Source of the DNA: an uncultured virus (IMG/VR IMGVR_UViG_3300028384_001589)
Lineage: Duplodnaviria; Heunggongvirae; Uroviricota; Caudoviricetes
Length of the DNA: 64,000 nt
IMG/VR virus record: IMGVR_UViG_3300028384_001589
Reading direction: 5' to 3' (one strand)
The translations under genes and the position numbers were made by a program. The notes beneath the pieces were generated by a model. That model worked only from the letters and a program-made list of their open reading frames with translations. It was not told the origin of the DNA and did no database searches. Shown piece after piece: positions 38,990 through 50,800 of the stretch; the first letter of the stretch is position 1, and the number at the start of each line of letters is the position of its first letter.

Positions 38990-39316
38990 TTATGTTCCAC
39001 TAATAATCCAACCGTACGTTGCACCTGTGTAAACAAGTGTAACCGCAGAGTTGTTAATATCAAGTGTTAAATCTTCATTTAAATTCTGGATTTTTGCGCC
39101 GTTACGTGCTACTGTTACGTTAGATGCACTAAATGCTCCCGTTACGTCAACAATCTGAACTGTGTCATTTTCTAACAAACTTGTAGAAATAGGTAGTGTA
39201 ATTGTAATTCCACCTGATGTACACAACACTCTATCGTTAACTTGGGCCGCATAACTTGTGCCTGTTGTTCTCAATACAGTACCAGCGGTTCCAGTTGTAG
39301 TAATATATCTTCCCAT
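38990..39316 (-). CDS. Small tail-fibre module protein
   Basis: TITLP, D..G.F...N.TV.RNG.KI, DL.LD.N and LVY....GW pattern seen in T4-like fibre repeats. Confidence 0.7.
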   Translation of the reverse strand: MGRYITTTGTAGTVLRTTGTSYAAQVNDRVLCTSGGITITLPISTSLLENDTVQIVDVTGAFSASNVTVARNGAKIQNLNEDLTLDINNSAVTLVYTGATYGWIISGT

Positions 39317-39337
39317 TGTTATATCCTTCTATTGTAT

Positions 39338-39655
39338 TTATGCCGCAGTCTCAATACCGAACGCAACTGCACTAACATTTCCTGAACTTGATCTTACAAC
39401 CAACCTCTTTCCAGCGTCCATTACTATACCCGATCTTTCTAATACACCGTGTGCTAACACTTCTGTTTCCCACTCAATGTATTCAGCCGCTGTCGGGGTT
39501 GCCGCGGCCGCAACGGCTACTTGTACGCCAATTGCTTGATTTCCTCTATTACACACCGATAATGTAACAACTGCATAGTTGTCAGTTGGCACAGTATATA
39601 CGGTGGTGTCGGTAGCGGATACTAAGTCTGCCGCTCCTAATCTTCCTGATGCCAT
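39338..39655 (-). CDS. Small virion adaptor-like protein (family with 53431-53760 and 61027-61374)
   Basis: YTVP...AVVTL.VCN and LE..GIV..AG..L.V. Follows the 1701-aa fibre. Confidence 0.65.
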   Translation of the reverse strand: MASGRLGAADLVSATDTTVYTVPTDNYAVVTLSVCNRGNQAIGVQVAVAAAATPTAAEYIEWETEVLAHGVLERSGIVMDAGKRLVVRSSSGNVSAVAFGIETAA

Positions 39656-39668
39656 AGTTTGTTCTCCT

Positions 39669-42600
39669 TTATCCCATCAAAAACATATTTAGCGCCACAG
39701 GTGCCCCATCAACTCCGCCTTGGAAATTGAACTGAGCCTTAACATTAATCGGAACTACTGTAGTTGTAGTAATTTCCTGTCCGGAAATTTGTACAAGACC
39801 AGCAATAATCTGGTTAACGTTAAGAGTAGATGCACCACCACCAATCTGTGAAGTAATATATGTTCTAATTGCTCTTTGAGTTGGTACAATACTGTCGCTG
39901 TTTGCGGAGAATGTACCATCGGTGCTAAACTCGTTAATTGTTGCGCCTGTGTTACCAACCGCAAGATTACCCAATGACAGTTCTTGTAGTCCTGAAATAT
40001 TAAATGCATCAGCATTCAATGTTGCAACACCAGTTGACTGTTCAACGTTAAACAATCCACCAACTCGGAAGTTACCATCTTGGTCTGTGGATGTGTAGAA
40101 TACTCTACCGCCACCGCCTTCTTTTGTTTCATTGTCCGGCTGTGGATCTTGTAAAGGTACGTTTGGATAATTTGTATTTGTAAAGTTACCAGTACCGATA
40201 TCCAGGAAGTCATGTCCTGTTAATCGTACTTGTGAGTATCTAATTCTTACTTCTGCACTTTCATAATGATTAGGTGCATCATCTACTGGAATTTCTGGTG
40301 ATACTTGTAACTGTGCGGTAAATGGTCCACTATCACCGCCTAATAAATTTGTAACTGCAACAAGTTTGTAGAATACGTTTGGTTGATTTGTAAATTCTAC
40401 GTTTGAACCTGCTCTTGGTTTTGATCTTAATCCTGCAACTTGAACAAACTTTCCTGATTGTAAGTTGTCCATATAACCGCCACCGTGTGTTACTTTACCG
40501 CCTGTGGTATATGGAGCCAATGCACTTGTGTCAATTGAAACTGTTAAGTTAGGATCTTCATATAATTCAATGCTGTTTGCATCAACAACTTTTGCAAAGA
40601 ATGTAGTTGGGTCAAAGAATCTTGCTCCTAAGCCTAATGCTTCTCCAATTCTTACTTTTGTTCCATCAAGTGTAATGCTGTGTCCAGTGATTGTTACTAC
40701 TGCTGGATTTGCTTGTGTAATTCCTGTAATTGTTTCTTCAATCTGTGTTGCTGTAATTGTAGCAGTAGCAGTTTCATAACCTGATCCTCTACCGCCATTG
40801 GTTGCTCCAGCAAATGTTGGTTGTGCTAATACACCGTCACCAATTCTAATTTCGAATGGTGCATCTGTTGTATTGTTTGGATCTGTAATAGTTAATGTCG
40901 CAGTATTATCATAACCTTGTCCTGGTTCAATAATTCTAATCTGGTTAATTAAACCGTCTTGTACTCTACATCTACCAATTGCTTTAATAGAAGTACTTGA
41001 TCCATCACCAACTGGAGTTGAAAACTCAAGTCTTGGTTCAATAACATATGTTGTTGTACTATCAAGTAATGATAAAATAGGCTCACCTAAAATGTGATCC
41101 CATCCTGGCGTGCCATCTGAATATTTTCTTACTGTTGCTTGTTTAGTACCTGCGTTAAATGTGTCAATATAAGCATACTGGCCTGCACCTAAACCTGCTT
41201 CAATCCAAATTGCCATTCCTACATACTGTCCTGATGTTGCAGTATCAGTGTTTGAAATTGTAATTTGTGTTGCGTTACCAATCTGTGCCGCGTTACCTGC
41301 TGTAATATAATCCTCACCACCAAACTCGTCATTTGTGTTAAGCAATCTTACTTCCATAACACCCGCTGTTCTGTAAACAGGAGTTACAGTACCAAGTCCA
41401 AAGCCGTCACCTACAAGTGAAATAACAGCATTACCGCCATTAGTATCATAATCTCTACCAGCATTGATATATTCTAATGAAAGAATTCTATCACTGTCTG
41501 TAATAATTTTACCAACTTGTGCTTGTTTGTCTCGGTTATCTGTGTATGCAATAACCGGAACTTCTGTTGCATCAACGCCTTCTGATACACAACCAAAGTC
41601 ACCATATGATGAGTTACCGTTTGTAGCACGTATCTTACCACCGTTTTCTGCAAGGTAACCAATGTGTCCATAGTATGAGAACACGGAAACAAGTTCTGTT
41701 CTACCTAAGTTTGTACACCATACGCCAATACCGTCACTTAATACCTGTGTAAAGTCGTTAGCAACAATAGAGTCGTTACCACCTGCGTGTAAATCACCGT
41801 CAATCTTAAGACCAACACATCCTGTACCAAACGTTGTTACGTTTTGTACATAACATGATTTATTTTTGACCCATACTTCTTCGTGTGCTGTTCCCCAGCC
41901 TGGATCAAGTGATACATAAGCACCTGCTGTTGGACGTTTTGTACCGTAAGTGTTTACTGTTCCTAAAACACCGTCTAAACCTTGTACAGTACAGTTTCTT
42001 AAACCTGTACCGTTTCTTACATAGAACATATCGTTTAGTGTAGAACCACTAACACTTCTGTAATACTGTTCTGCGGCCCTCTGTGCTTTGTAATTTCCAG
42101 TGTAAATTAAGTCATGCTGTATTGCTTCAATATAACGTTTTACGTCACGTTTACAACTTGCTTGTAATGTTGCCGCATCAGGTCCTGAAATATAATCTGT
42201 GTATGCAGGATATGTAGCAATGATATATCTGTTAACATCTTCTGCAATAAAGTCTTTGTTTTCTTCAAGTCTTAGCACAGCATCTGTATAACCTGCTGTT
42301 TTGTTTGGAGTATTGCTACCTGTTTTAGCAACGTCTGAACCGTTTGCATTTAATACAAAATCAATTTTATTTTTAATACCTGTAGCAATAGCCGCCGCCG
42401 CTGTTCCTGCCGCACTTGAACCTGCTGGTAATGCTGTATCTTGTGTTTCTGTATTACCTGATTGTGCTGTTACTGCTGTGTTTGTAATAATATCATCAAT
42501 GATACTTGCCATGTGTGTAATACCAGCAATTGAATATGCTGTATCTGCTGATTCAACAAGCGATCCTGCAGGAGTAATTTTTGTTGAACGTAATTCATCA

Positions 42601-44774
42601 CCAACAACTGCACAACTTTCTGGAATTACCATTGGAAGTACTTCTGCAAAAGAACCTGTCTTTACAAAGAGTGTATCGTTAGCAACAATCTCTGCTGGTA
42701 CACTGTTTGTGTTTCCTGCTGTTAATGCCGCACTTGCAATAGTTCTTAGATTAACAAGAATTTGTTGTGCATCTGGCTCTTCAACAATGGTGTTGTCTGT
42801 AATTTGTAGTGTTGGATTTGCTACACTTCTTGCCGCTTGATAATCTGTAGCAGGTGTGTCTTGCGTAATTACATCATCAATTAATGTTGTAACAAATGTT
42901 AGTGTTGCCGCAAATTCTGCTGTAATACCATCATTTGAAACATAATATTGATCAGCACTTGAATCAAAATATGCAAGAGTTTCTAATCTTGTTTTTCTGT
43001 TGCCACCGTGTGATAAATCCCAAATAAGTGCGTCAATGAATGTACCTAAATCTCTGCGCCAGTCTGCCGCAGTGTATGTAAATGAACCAGTAAATGGTGC
43101 ACTTGAGTTTACAATTTGTGTATCAACCCAACTAAGAGTTTCATCTTGAATAAATGCTTTGTTCCTTTTTAATAGTTGTGTTGCATAAGGTTTTCTTGCA
43201 CCTTCTTCAATTTGACGTAAACCAAAGTTTACAGTTCTAAAAGGTTTGTCAAGTGTTACACCTGACGCTGGTACTGCACTGTCGACACCATCAAGTGCTG
43301 TGTAGTAAACTGCATCAAGTTGACCAAAGTATGCCCATTCTGGATCTGTTCCTGCTTCATTAACTTTTAAAACCTGTCCTGGCGATCCTACTGGTAATCT
43401 TGTTGGACCTGCGCCACTGTAGTAAACAATATCACCACGTGTTGTTAAGTTACCAACTTCAGCACCACCGCTTAGTAGGTTCCAGTAGTTGCCTGCAAGG
43501 TCTTGGTCTGGTCTATTTTGTCCAGCACCGATTTGTTCTGAAGTGTGTGGAGCGATACAAACATAAGAGTTTACATCATTGATACCTCGTACAACATCAC
43601 CTTTGTCATAGTAAACAGCATTCTGCCATTCACCCTTCCAGTATAAACCTTCGTTAAGTTTATCCCAATAAACTGCATCTGGTGGTCTATTACCTGTACC
43701 ATCTGCAAGTGCAATAAATGTCCATCCACCTAAGCGTACTACATCACCTACTTTGTATGCAAAGTTATTATCATAGTCGCCACGGAATGTAAATCCTGTT
43801 GTAAATAATTCCCAATGGGTAATGTTATTAAATGGAGTTTGTCCGTAGTTATTTGTGATCGAAATATATGAATAACCACCGTATGTTACAACATCACCTG
43901 GTTGATAGTTTACATTGTTCTGCCAACTATCTTCAAATTCTAATCCTGGTACAAAGATTGACCAGTTTGCTTCATCAGCCGCAAGTGTTGCTCCCGATGT
44001 ATGGAATGTTGTACAAATCCAAATATCTGAACCATACTTAACAACATCATTAATTTTATAACGTGTTGATGTTGCCCAGTTACCTAAGTATTCAATACCT
44101 TTGTGTACGTAATCCCAACTTGCTTGATCTGCTTCAAGACCGTCAGCATCTGTTGCCGCGGCTGTGTGTCCTGTGTTACAAATGTAAACCTGTCCACCAT
44201 AGCGTACTACATCGCCTACTTTGTATCTTGTAGTTGCAGTCCAAACATTTCGCCATGTCATACCATTGGCAAATAAATCCCATTTTGTTTGATCAAACTC
44301 TAAACCGTCTGACGCATCTGCCGCCGATGTGTGTGCTTCTGTACAAAGATACATTACTCCACCGTAACGTACAATGTCGTTTACTTTGTATCTTGTTGCA
44401 ACACCCCAAGCACCTTTCCAGTCAAAGCCTTCTGCAAATAAATCCCATTTTGTTTGATCAAACTCTAAACCATCAGCCGCCAGCGCCGCCGAAGTATGAC
44501 CTGTGTTACAAACATATAAGTAACCTCCGTATTTTACAACGTCATTAGGCTTATATACTGTTGTTAGAGCCCATTCGCCCTTCCATTCAGTACCGTCTGC
44601 TAATAGGTCAAAATATGAAATATCTGTTGTAAATGCGTTAGAACTAATGTGCCCGGTATTAACGATATAGGTACGTCCACCGTATCTTACAACGTCGTCT
44701 TTGTAATATTGTTTGGCAGATGTCCATGCACCTTTCCAAATAAATCTAATTCTACCGAGTTTAAATTCAGCCAT
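39669..44774 (-). CDS. Large virion fibre protein A (1701 aa) with CBM5/12-like repeats and beta-helix-like core
   Basis: Eight W...Y...DVV.YGG..Y.C...HTS-type repeats, then GDELRST, NDSIVANDFTQ and GRVFYTSTDQDGNFRVG blocks shared with 44817-51074. Late promoter at 44802-44808. Confidence 0.82.
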   Translation of the reverse strand: MAEFKLGRIRFIWKGAWTSAKQYYKDDVVRYGGRTYIVNTGHISSNAFTTDISYFDLLADGTEWKGEWALTTVYKPNDVVKYGGYLYVCNTGHTSAALAADGLEFDQTKWDLFAEGFDWKGAWGVATRYKVNDIVRYGGVMYLCTEAHTSAADASDGLEFDQTKWDLFANGMTWRNVWTATTRYKVGDVVRYGGQVYICNTGHTAAATDADGLEADQASWDYVHKGIEYLGNWATSTRYKINDVVKYGSDIWICTTFHTSGATLAADEANWSIFVPGLEFEDSWQNNVNYQPGDVVTYGGYSYISITNNYGQTPFNNITHWELFTTGFTFRGDYDNNFAYKVGDVVRLGGWTFIALADGTGNRPPDAVYWDKLNEGLYWKGEWQNAVYYDKGDVVRGINDVNSYVCIAPHTSEQIGAGQNRPDQDLAGNYWNLLSGGAEVGNLTTRGDIVYYSGAGPTRLPVGSPGQVLKVNEAGTDPEWAYFGQLDAVYYTALDGVDSAVPASGVTLDKPFRTVNFGLRQIEEGARKPYATQLLKRNKAFIQDETLSWVDTQIVNSSAPFTGSFTYTAADWRRDLGTFIDALIWDLSHGGNRKTRLETLAYFDSSADQYYVSNDGITAEFAATLTFVTTLIDDVITQDTPATDYQAARSVANPTLQITDNTIVEEPDAQQILVNLRTIASAALTAGNTNSVPAEIVANDTLFVKTGSFAEVLPMVIPESCAVVGDELRSTKITPAGSLVESADTAYSIAGITHMASIIDDIITNTAVTAQSGNTETQDTALPAGSSAAGTAAAAIATGIKNKIDFVLNANGSDVAKTGSNTPNKTAGYTDAVLRLEENKDFIAEDVNRYIIATYPAYTDYISGPDAATLQASCKRDVKRYIEAIQHDLIYTGNYKAQRAAEQYYRSVSGSTLNDMFYVRNGTGLRNCTVQGLDGVLGTVNTYGTKRPTAGAYVSLDPGWGTAHEEVWVKNKSCYVQNVTTFGTGCVGLKIDGDLHAGGNDSIVANDFTQVLSDGIGVWCTNLGRTELVSVFSYYGHIGYLAENGGKIRATNGNSSYGDFGCVSEGVDATEVPVIAYTDNRDKQAQVGKIITDSDRILSLEYINAGRDYDTNGGNAVISLVGDGFGLGTVTPVYRTAGVMEVRLLNTNDEFGGEDYITAGNAAQIGNATQITISNTDTATSGQYVGMAIWIEAGLGAGQYAYIDTFNAGTKQATVRKYSDGTPGWDHILGEPILSLLDSTTTYVIEPRLEFSTPVGDGSSTSIKAIGRCRVQDGLINQIRIIEPGQGYDNTATLTITDPNNTTDAPFEIRIGDGVLAQPTFAGATNGGRGSGYETATATITATQIEETITGITQANPAVVTITGHSITLDGTKVRIGEALGLGARFFDPTTFFAKVVDANSIELYEDPNLTVSIDTSALAPYTTGGKVTHGGGYMDNLQSGKFVQVAGLRSKPRAGSNVEFTNQPNVFYKLVAVTNLLGGDSGPFTAQLQVSPEIPVDDAPNHYESAEVRIRYSQVRLTGHDFLDIGTGNFTNTNYPNVPLQDPQPDNETKEGGGGRVFYTSTDQDGNFRVGGLFNVEQSTGVATLNADAFNISGLQELSLGNLAVGNTGATINEFSTDGTFSANSDSIVPTQRAIRTYITSQIGGGASTLNVNQIIAGLVQISGQEITTTTVVPINVKAQFNFQGGVDGAPVALNMFLMG
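44269..44471. repeat. 38-nt perfect direct repeat (44269-44306 and 44434-44471)
   Basis: GCAAATAAATCCCATTTTGTTTGATCAAACTCTAAACC occurs twice, 165 nt apart, encoding GLEFDQTKWDLFA. Confidence 0.9.
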
Positions 44775-44816
44775 TGTTGGTTCCTAACACTATGTTAATT
44801 GTATTTATCATTATGT

Positions 44817-47800
44817 TTATTTCCCTGCCCCTGCTTCTTGCGGAGTTGTAGGATCTCCTTCATCAATAAGTCCAAAATTTGTACCTTGTACAAAGTAGGT
44901 TAAAGCCGCCATATCGCCATCAATTGGCTTTTCAAAGTTCATTTGTGTATTAATATTGATTTTTCTGTTTGCTTCAGAACTAATATTGTTACCTTGTACA
45001 CGAACTTCACCTGAAATCACAGCGTTAACGTTAACGTTTGTACCACCGCCACTAATTCTACTGTCAATATATCCAGCGATTGCTTTTTGTGTTGGTACAA
45101 TTTCATTACTATTTGCAGTAAATGTAGGATCTACTGAAAATTCTCTAATTACAGCGTTGGTTCCACCAAGTGTAACACCGCCTAATCGTAATTCACTCAA
45201 ACCATCTAATTCAAAATATGATGCATTTAGAGAAACAATACCAGTTGACTGTTCAACTTTAAACAATTCACCAACCCTAAAGTTACCATCCTGGTCAGTA
45301 CTTGTATAGAATACTCTACCGCCGCCACCGTTGTCTGTTTCTTGGAACTCTCTAACATCATAACCTTCAATTGGAGTTAGTAATGGATACTGTGAATTGT
45401 ATAAATTACCTTTACCAATTTCTAAGAAATCGTGTCCTGTTAAACGTACCTGTGAATACTGTTGTCTAATAGTTAAATTAGTTTCGTGTTCTGGCGATTC
45501 TGCTCTACCTAAAGTAGGACTGATTGATAGTGTAGCATCAAAGTTTCCTTCTGTACCAGTAAGGTCTGAAACACCTTGAATAGCATAGAAAATATCGTTA
45601 ATTTCGTCAATGTACAAGTTGTCGCCTGGTCCAGGTTCACGTGTTAATTCTTTTACAACAAGTTTATCACCAAGTTGATATAAGTCTGCATAACCATCAC
45701 CAGTAACAGTAACACCGATGTTGATATAGCCAGTACCTCTGTTAGTAAATTCAATTGGACCAACTGTGCCGTTTCTCATTCTCACATCATAGGTTACTTC
45801 TCTGGTATTGTCGTCATCGACAATAGTAAGAGTTGGGGGATTGTTACCATAACCCGATCCTGGTTCTTGAATATAAAACTGTGTAATTCTTCTTGTACCT
45901 AATTCAACTGTTGCTCTTGTTGTAGCACCTGTCTGTACATATTCAATACTTGAAAGTGTGCTTGAAGTGTTGATAGGATAAAATATTGGCCCACTATCTG
46001 TTACACCAAACAACATTTTATCATATGATCCGCTTACTGTTCCTTTGTCTGTCCAATAAACCCCATCTTCTGATTGAATAATACTTCCGCTTTCAGTAAC
46101 TCCTAAAAATACACCTTGACAATAATTTATTAAAACATTATCTGCAACGTTTGTATCTTCTCCTGCAAGCCAAACTGTGTCGTTGTGTGAAATACTTGCA
46201 TCAGTGAAACTGTAGAAGAATTTGTTGTTTACTGTTGAAATATCATTTGGAGAATCATATGTTGATGCAACAAATCTACCATTACCAAATCTTAAATCAG
46301 CAAGGTCGTGTTGTACATCACCAATGTTTTGTCCAGCACTCCAACTTGCTCCGTCGTCAACACTTTCCCAAGTATCGCCCGAACCGTTTGCAATAATCCA
46401 TTTGCCGTTACCGTAAACTATCCATTGTGCTCCACTTACGCCTGCTGTTACTTGACTCCAAGTTCCGCCGCCATCTGTTGACCTATAAATGTTTTGTGTT
46501 CCACTTGCGATTGCAATGTGTGTTCCGTTACCATATTCTAAACCAACAAATGTAACTCCAAAACTTAGCAAGTTGTTAGGCGAATCGCCCCACGATGTAG
46601 CATCATTTGACTGTTTAACTCTACCGTTACCATCAATAGCAACGTATTGAGTTTGTCCGCCTGCTACAGCAACATAATTTAAGTCTGCATAACTTGTTGC
46701 TTCTGTTAACGAAGTGCCATCTTCCGTCCACATAATTGTATTTGTACCAACAAGAACAGTTCTGTATGTTCCGTCTACAAGTTTTACAGCACTGTCTTTG
46801 AAATTGCTTCCAGTTTGAACAGTAGCATTACTTGAATTGTATGGTGGTGCACTAAATGAAATATATGGTGTGATTTCATAACGTGTTGTTTCATCTAACA
46901 CTGTTGCAATTGGCTCACCTGGTAATAAATGTTGCCAGCCAGGTTGATTGTCGATAGGTCTTTTGACTGTAACTGTTTTACTACCTGCACTTACTGCTGT
47001 AATTTCAATAGTAATTGGATTTCCACTGTTACCAACTTGTGTTGGATTAATTGTAATAATATCGCCTTCACTGTTACGTGTACCTTCATCTTCAAGTGTA
47101 AGTGTTACTACACCTAAAGCGTCAATGTTTACAGTAAATGTTGGTTCAGTAGCATCTGTGTCACTACTTGCACCTTTAATACCTGTGTATTGACCTTCTG
47201 CTAATGTTGGGTCAGCGGCACTTGTTACGTTCCAGCCTAATACACCACCGTTGTTCCAATCATAACTTGTGATAATACCGTACTGCCCTCTACCTTCACC
47301 TTCAACAATGGTAATAAGTTTATCCAAATAATATTCTTCATTGTTTACATCTTGGTTAGCAATTTGAATTTCAGTTGCATTACCGCCCTGTGCTCTGTTG
47401 TTAGCATAGGTATAGTTGTCACCGCCTGGTGTTGATGAGTCGCCTGGATCAGTAATTCTAATTTCAGTTACTGAACCGTTTCTAAATTCTGTTAATTTAC
47501 CTGCGGCATTTTCACCCGAACCTGTAATTGTTACAGTACCTTGTGTATAATGATTACCAGTGTTGGTATATCCTACAGCAAATAATTTATTTTCATCGTT
47601 GTAAACTTTTCCAATTTCTGCTTCTTTAGAATAGTTGTTTACTTTTGCAGTAATTGGTGTTTCGTCATTGTTAAAGCCGATTGCTACAGAACCATATTCA
47701 CCGTATGAGTTGTTACCATTTGTTGCACGTACTTTACCGCCTTCTGTACACAGATAACCTACATAACAGTAGTATGTAAACACTGATACAAGTTCTGATA

Positions 47801-50800
47801 AGCCATCTGCATTACACCAGTAACCGATACCGTCTTGGATAATCTGTGTAAAGTCGTTAGCAACGATAGATTTATTACCGCCGTTGTGTAGTGTACCATC
47901 AACTTTCATACCAACACACTTGTTACCAAATGTTGAAACGTTTTGTACATAAGTTGATTTGGTTGTAATCCAAACAGTTTCGTCGTCTGGGCCTTCACCT
48001 GGATCAAGTGCTACGAACGCACCGCCTGTTACCCTTTTAATTAAATATTGATCTGGATCTGTAAATTCACCCTGTAGACCCGATAGTGTCATATTTCTAA
48101 TACCACACCCGTTTCTTACACGGAACATATCTTGGTCATTTGTTTCTGGTGTAGGCTCAACAAATGTTGAACGTAATTCGTCACCAACAATAGCAACGTT
48201 AGCAGGTACACTGATAGGACAAATTTCCTGATAGCGGCCAGTTTTTACAAGAATAGTTGCTGGCGCTCTTGTACCTTCATCTTCTAAAATGTACTGTGTT
48301 GCATACTTAATTGTTTTAAATGGAGCAGTAGGAGTTAAACCTCTGCCTGCTGAGTTTGCATCAACACCGTCTGGTGAAACATAGTAAACATTTTCTGTTT
48401 GTTCTAAAGATTCCCATGCAAGGTCGTCATTTGCCATAACTTTGAACGAGTCACCTGGGTTACCAATTCCAACCCTTGCATGATCTGTTCCGTCATGTGT
48501 TCTAATATCACCTCTGTATTGTAATACATTATTGACACCACCTTCTGCAACAGTTACCCAGAAATTTTCCTGTGTGTACTCTATATCTAAATCTGGTCTT
48601 GATCCAGAATTAGATGCTTCGTGACGTTTGATACAACGATATAGTGTACCGTTGTATGTAACAATGTCTCCAAGGAAATATGAATTAGTTTCCGGAGACG
48701 CATTTACAATTACTGTTTCTTTCCAGTTTCCTCTAAACCTATCACCGTCAATTAATGTTAACCATTGATTGTTACTGTAGATAGTTGTTAGTGTGCCATC
48801 GTTACCTTGATCATCTTGATACATAGCACTGTGATTGTAACAAACAAGATAGTTTGCTTTGTATGCATCTCTTGGAACAATATACTGAACATACCTTTCG
48901 GTTGCCGCACTAAATCCTGAATCGTATGCCGCGGCATCAGCAACCTGTACACCATCTAACCAGTATGTTACACCGTTATCTAAGTAATTGTATTGACCAC
49001 CGTCATGGTGTCCATCAATTGATGTACTTAGATACAACGGATGTGTTAGGTTTGATGAATCATTCTGTAAAAATCTATATGTGTTTCCTTCGTATAAATC
49101 AATGTTCCCACCAACTGTACCATTAACATAATATTTGTTACCGTTGCCAGGATTACCTACTGTAATTGTTACATCAACAGTTGAACTTTGATCATCTGGT
49201 TCTGCACCTGTATTATCACGTAATGCAATATACAAGTAACCACCAAATCTTACAACATCACCAGTTTGGTATGATGTACCACTGTCCCAATATGATGCTT
49301 CTTCTTGTAGATCAGGATTTTGATTTATTTGGCCACCCATTCTGTAGCCTTGTGTTAGTAACTCCCAATCGCCAGTATCTTGTGTAATACCATTTACGCT
49401 CGGAATACTGTTTGTATTAATTGTTAAAGATGTATAACTGTATCCTCCATACTTAACAATATCACCAGGTTGATATGTTGCACTTTCTACCCACTGTTGT
49501 TCGTATTCGTATCCAGGCAACCAAATATCAAAGAAACTTTCTGCAAAAGTTGTTCCACTGTTGTGTCCTGTGTTACAATACCATATAGTTGGTCCGTATC
49601 TTAGAATATCACCTTTTTTGTATTTTTCTTTTTTAACAAAAATTTCAGTGCCGTCACCTGCTTCTGCTTCTAAATTACTTCTATCAGCAAGTGCATCATT
49701 CAAACGTCTGTATAATTTAAATGTATCTACTGTTACATTTCTTACATAATAATAAGTGTTATCACTTAATCCATCTCCGTCTGTTCCAGTTGTTGTATAC
49801 TGAACTAAATCACCTGTTGTTAAACCATGACTTGTTACTGTTACTATGCCGCCTGTAATTCCTTCTGATGTAATATCTCTACTTGCTACCCAATGTCCTT
49901 TGTAATCAATGCCGTCAATTAAAATTTCCCATGCATTGTTAGGTGCTCCGGGCATATCTTCTTCAAGACCAAGTGCGTCATCATTTGCACTTAAATGACC
50001 AATTACACAACGATATATAATACCACCATAACGTACAACATCATCTGCTACATATCTTGTTCTTGGCTTCCAATAATCTTTCCACTGATCTGATCTTGTA
50101 ACAACTGTCCACTTAGTTGAATCTAATTCAAGACCTGTAATAGTTGTTGATGACGTGTGTTCAACTGTACAACGATAAACAATACCGCCATACTTAACAA
50201 CATCACCAATTCTATAAATTACTTGAGGTAACCATTCATAGCGCCAATTTTGATCTGAAACAACTAATTTCCAATTACCAAAATCATCAATTCCAATTTC
50301 GCCTGGAGTTTCAATATTTAGATATGCACCTTTGTCTTTTGAATCTGGTGTGCCATCAAAGTAATAAATTTTGTCTGGTGCATCTGCTGGAACTGTAAGT
50401 CTAATTTTTCTATCACTTGCTGTTGCAAACGAACTTAGGTAAACTGACTCTGTTGTTTCAATGCCGTCAATAAAGTAAACAAGATTTGTACCAATGTCCC
50501 AATAGTCAATAAGAGGAGTATCAGGATTTACACCGTCTTCGTATACACTAAATCTTAGTGGATGTTCTTGTCCTCCAAAATCTACGTTTGATTGATCTGT
50601 TTGATCAAAAAGGTATGTGTGTCCTTTACGTATTGTAATAATATTTCTTTCAGTTCCATTTAAGAAAATTGCACCAGTTGAAGTGTTAGCACGACCTGTG
50701 TCAGTAATAGACCCGCTGTCTCTATCAACTGTTACTGTAATAGTTGTTGATCCTTCCGGAACTGTATACGGATCTGCTGTATGACCTACAATAGCCGCAT

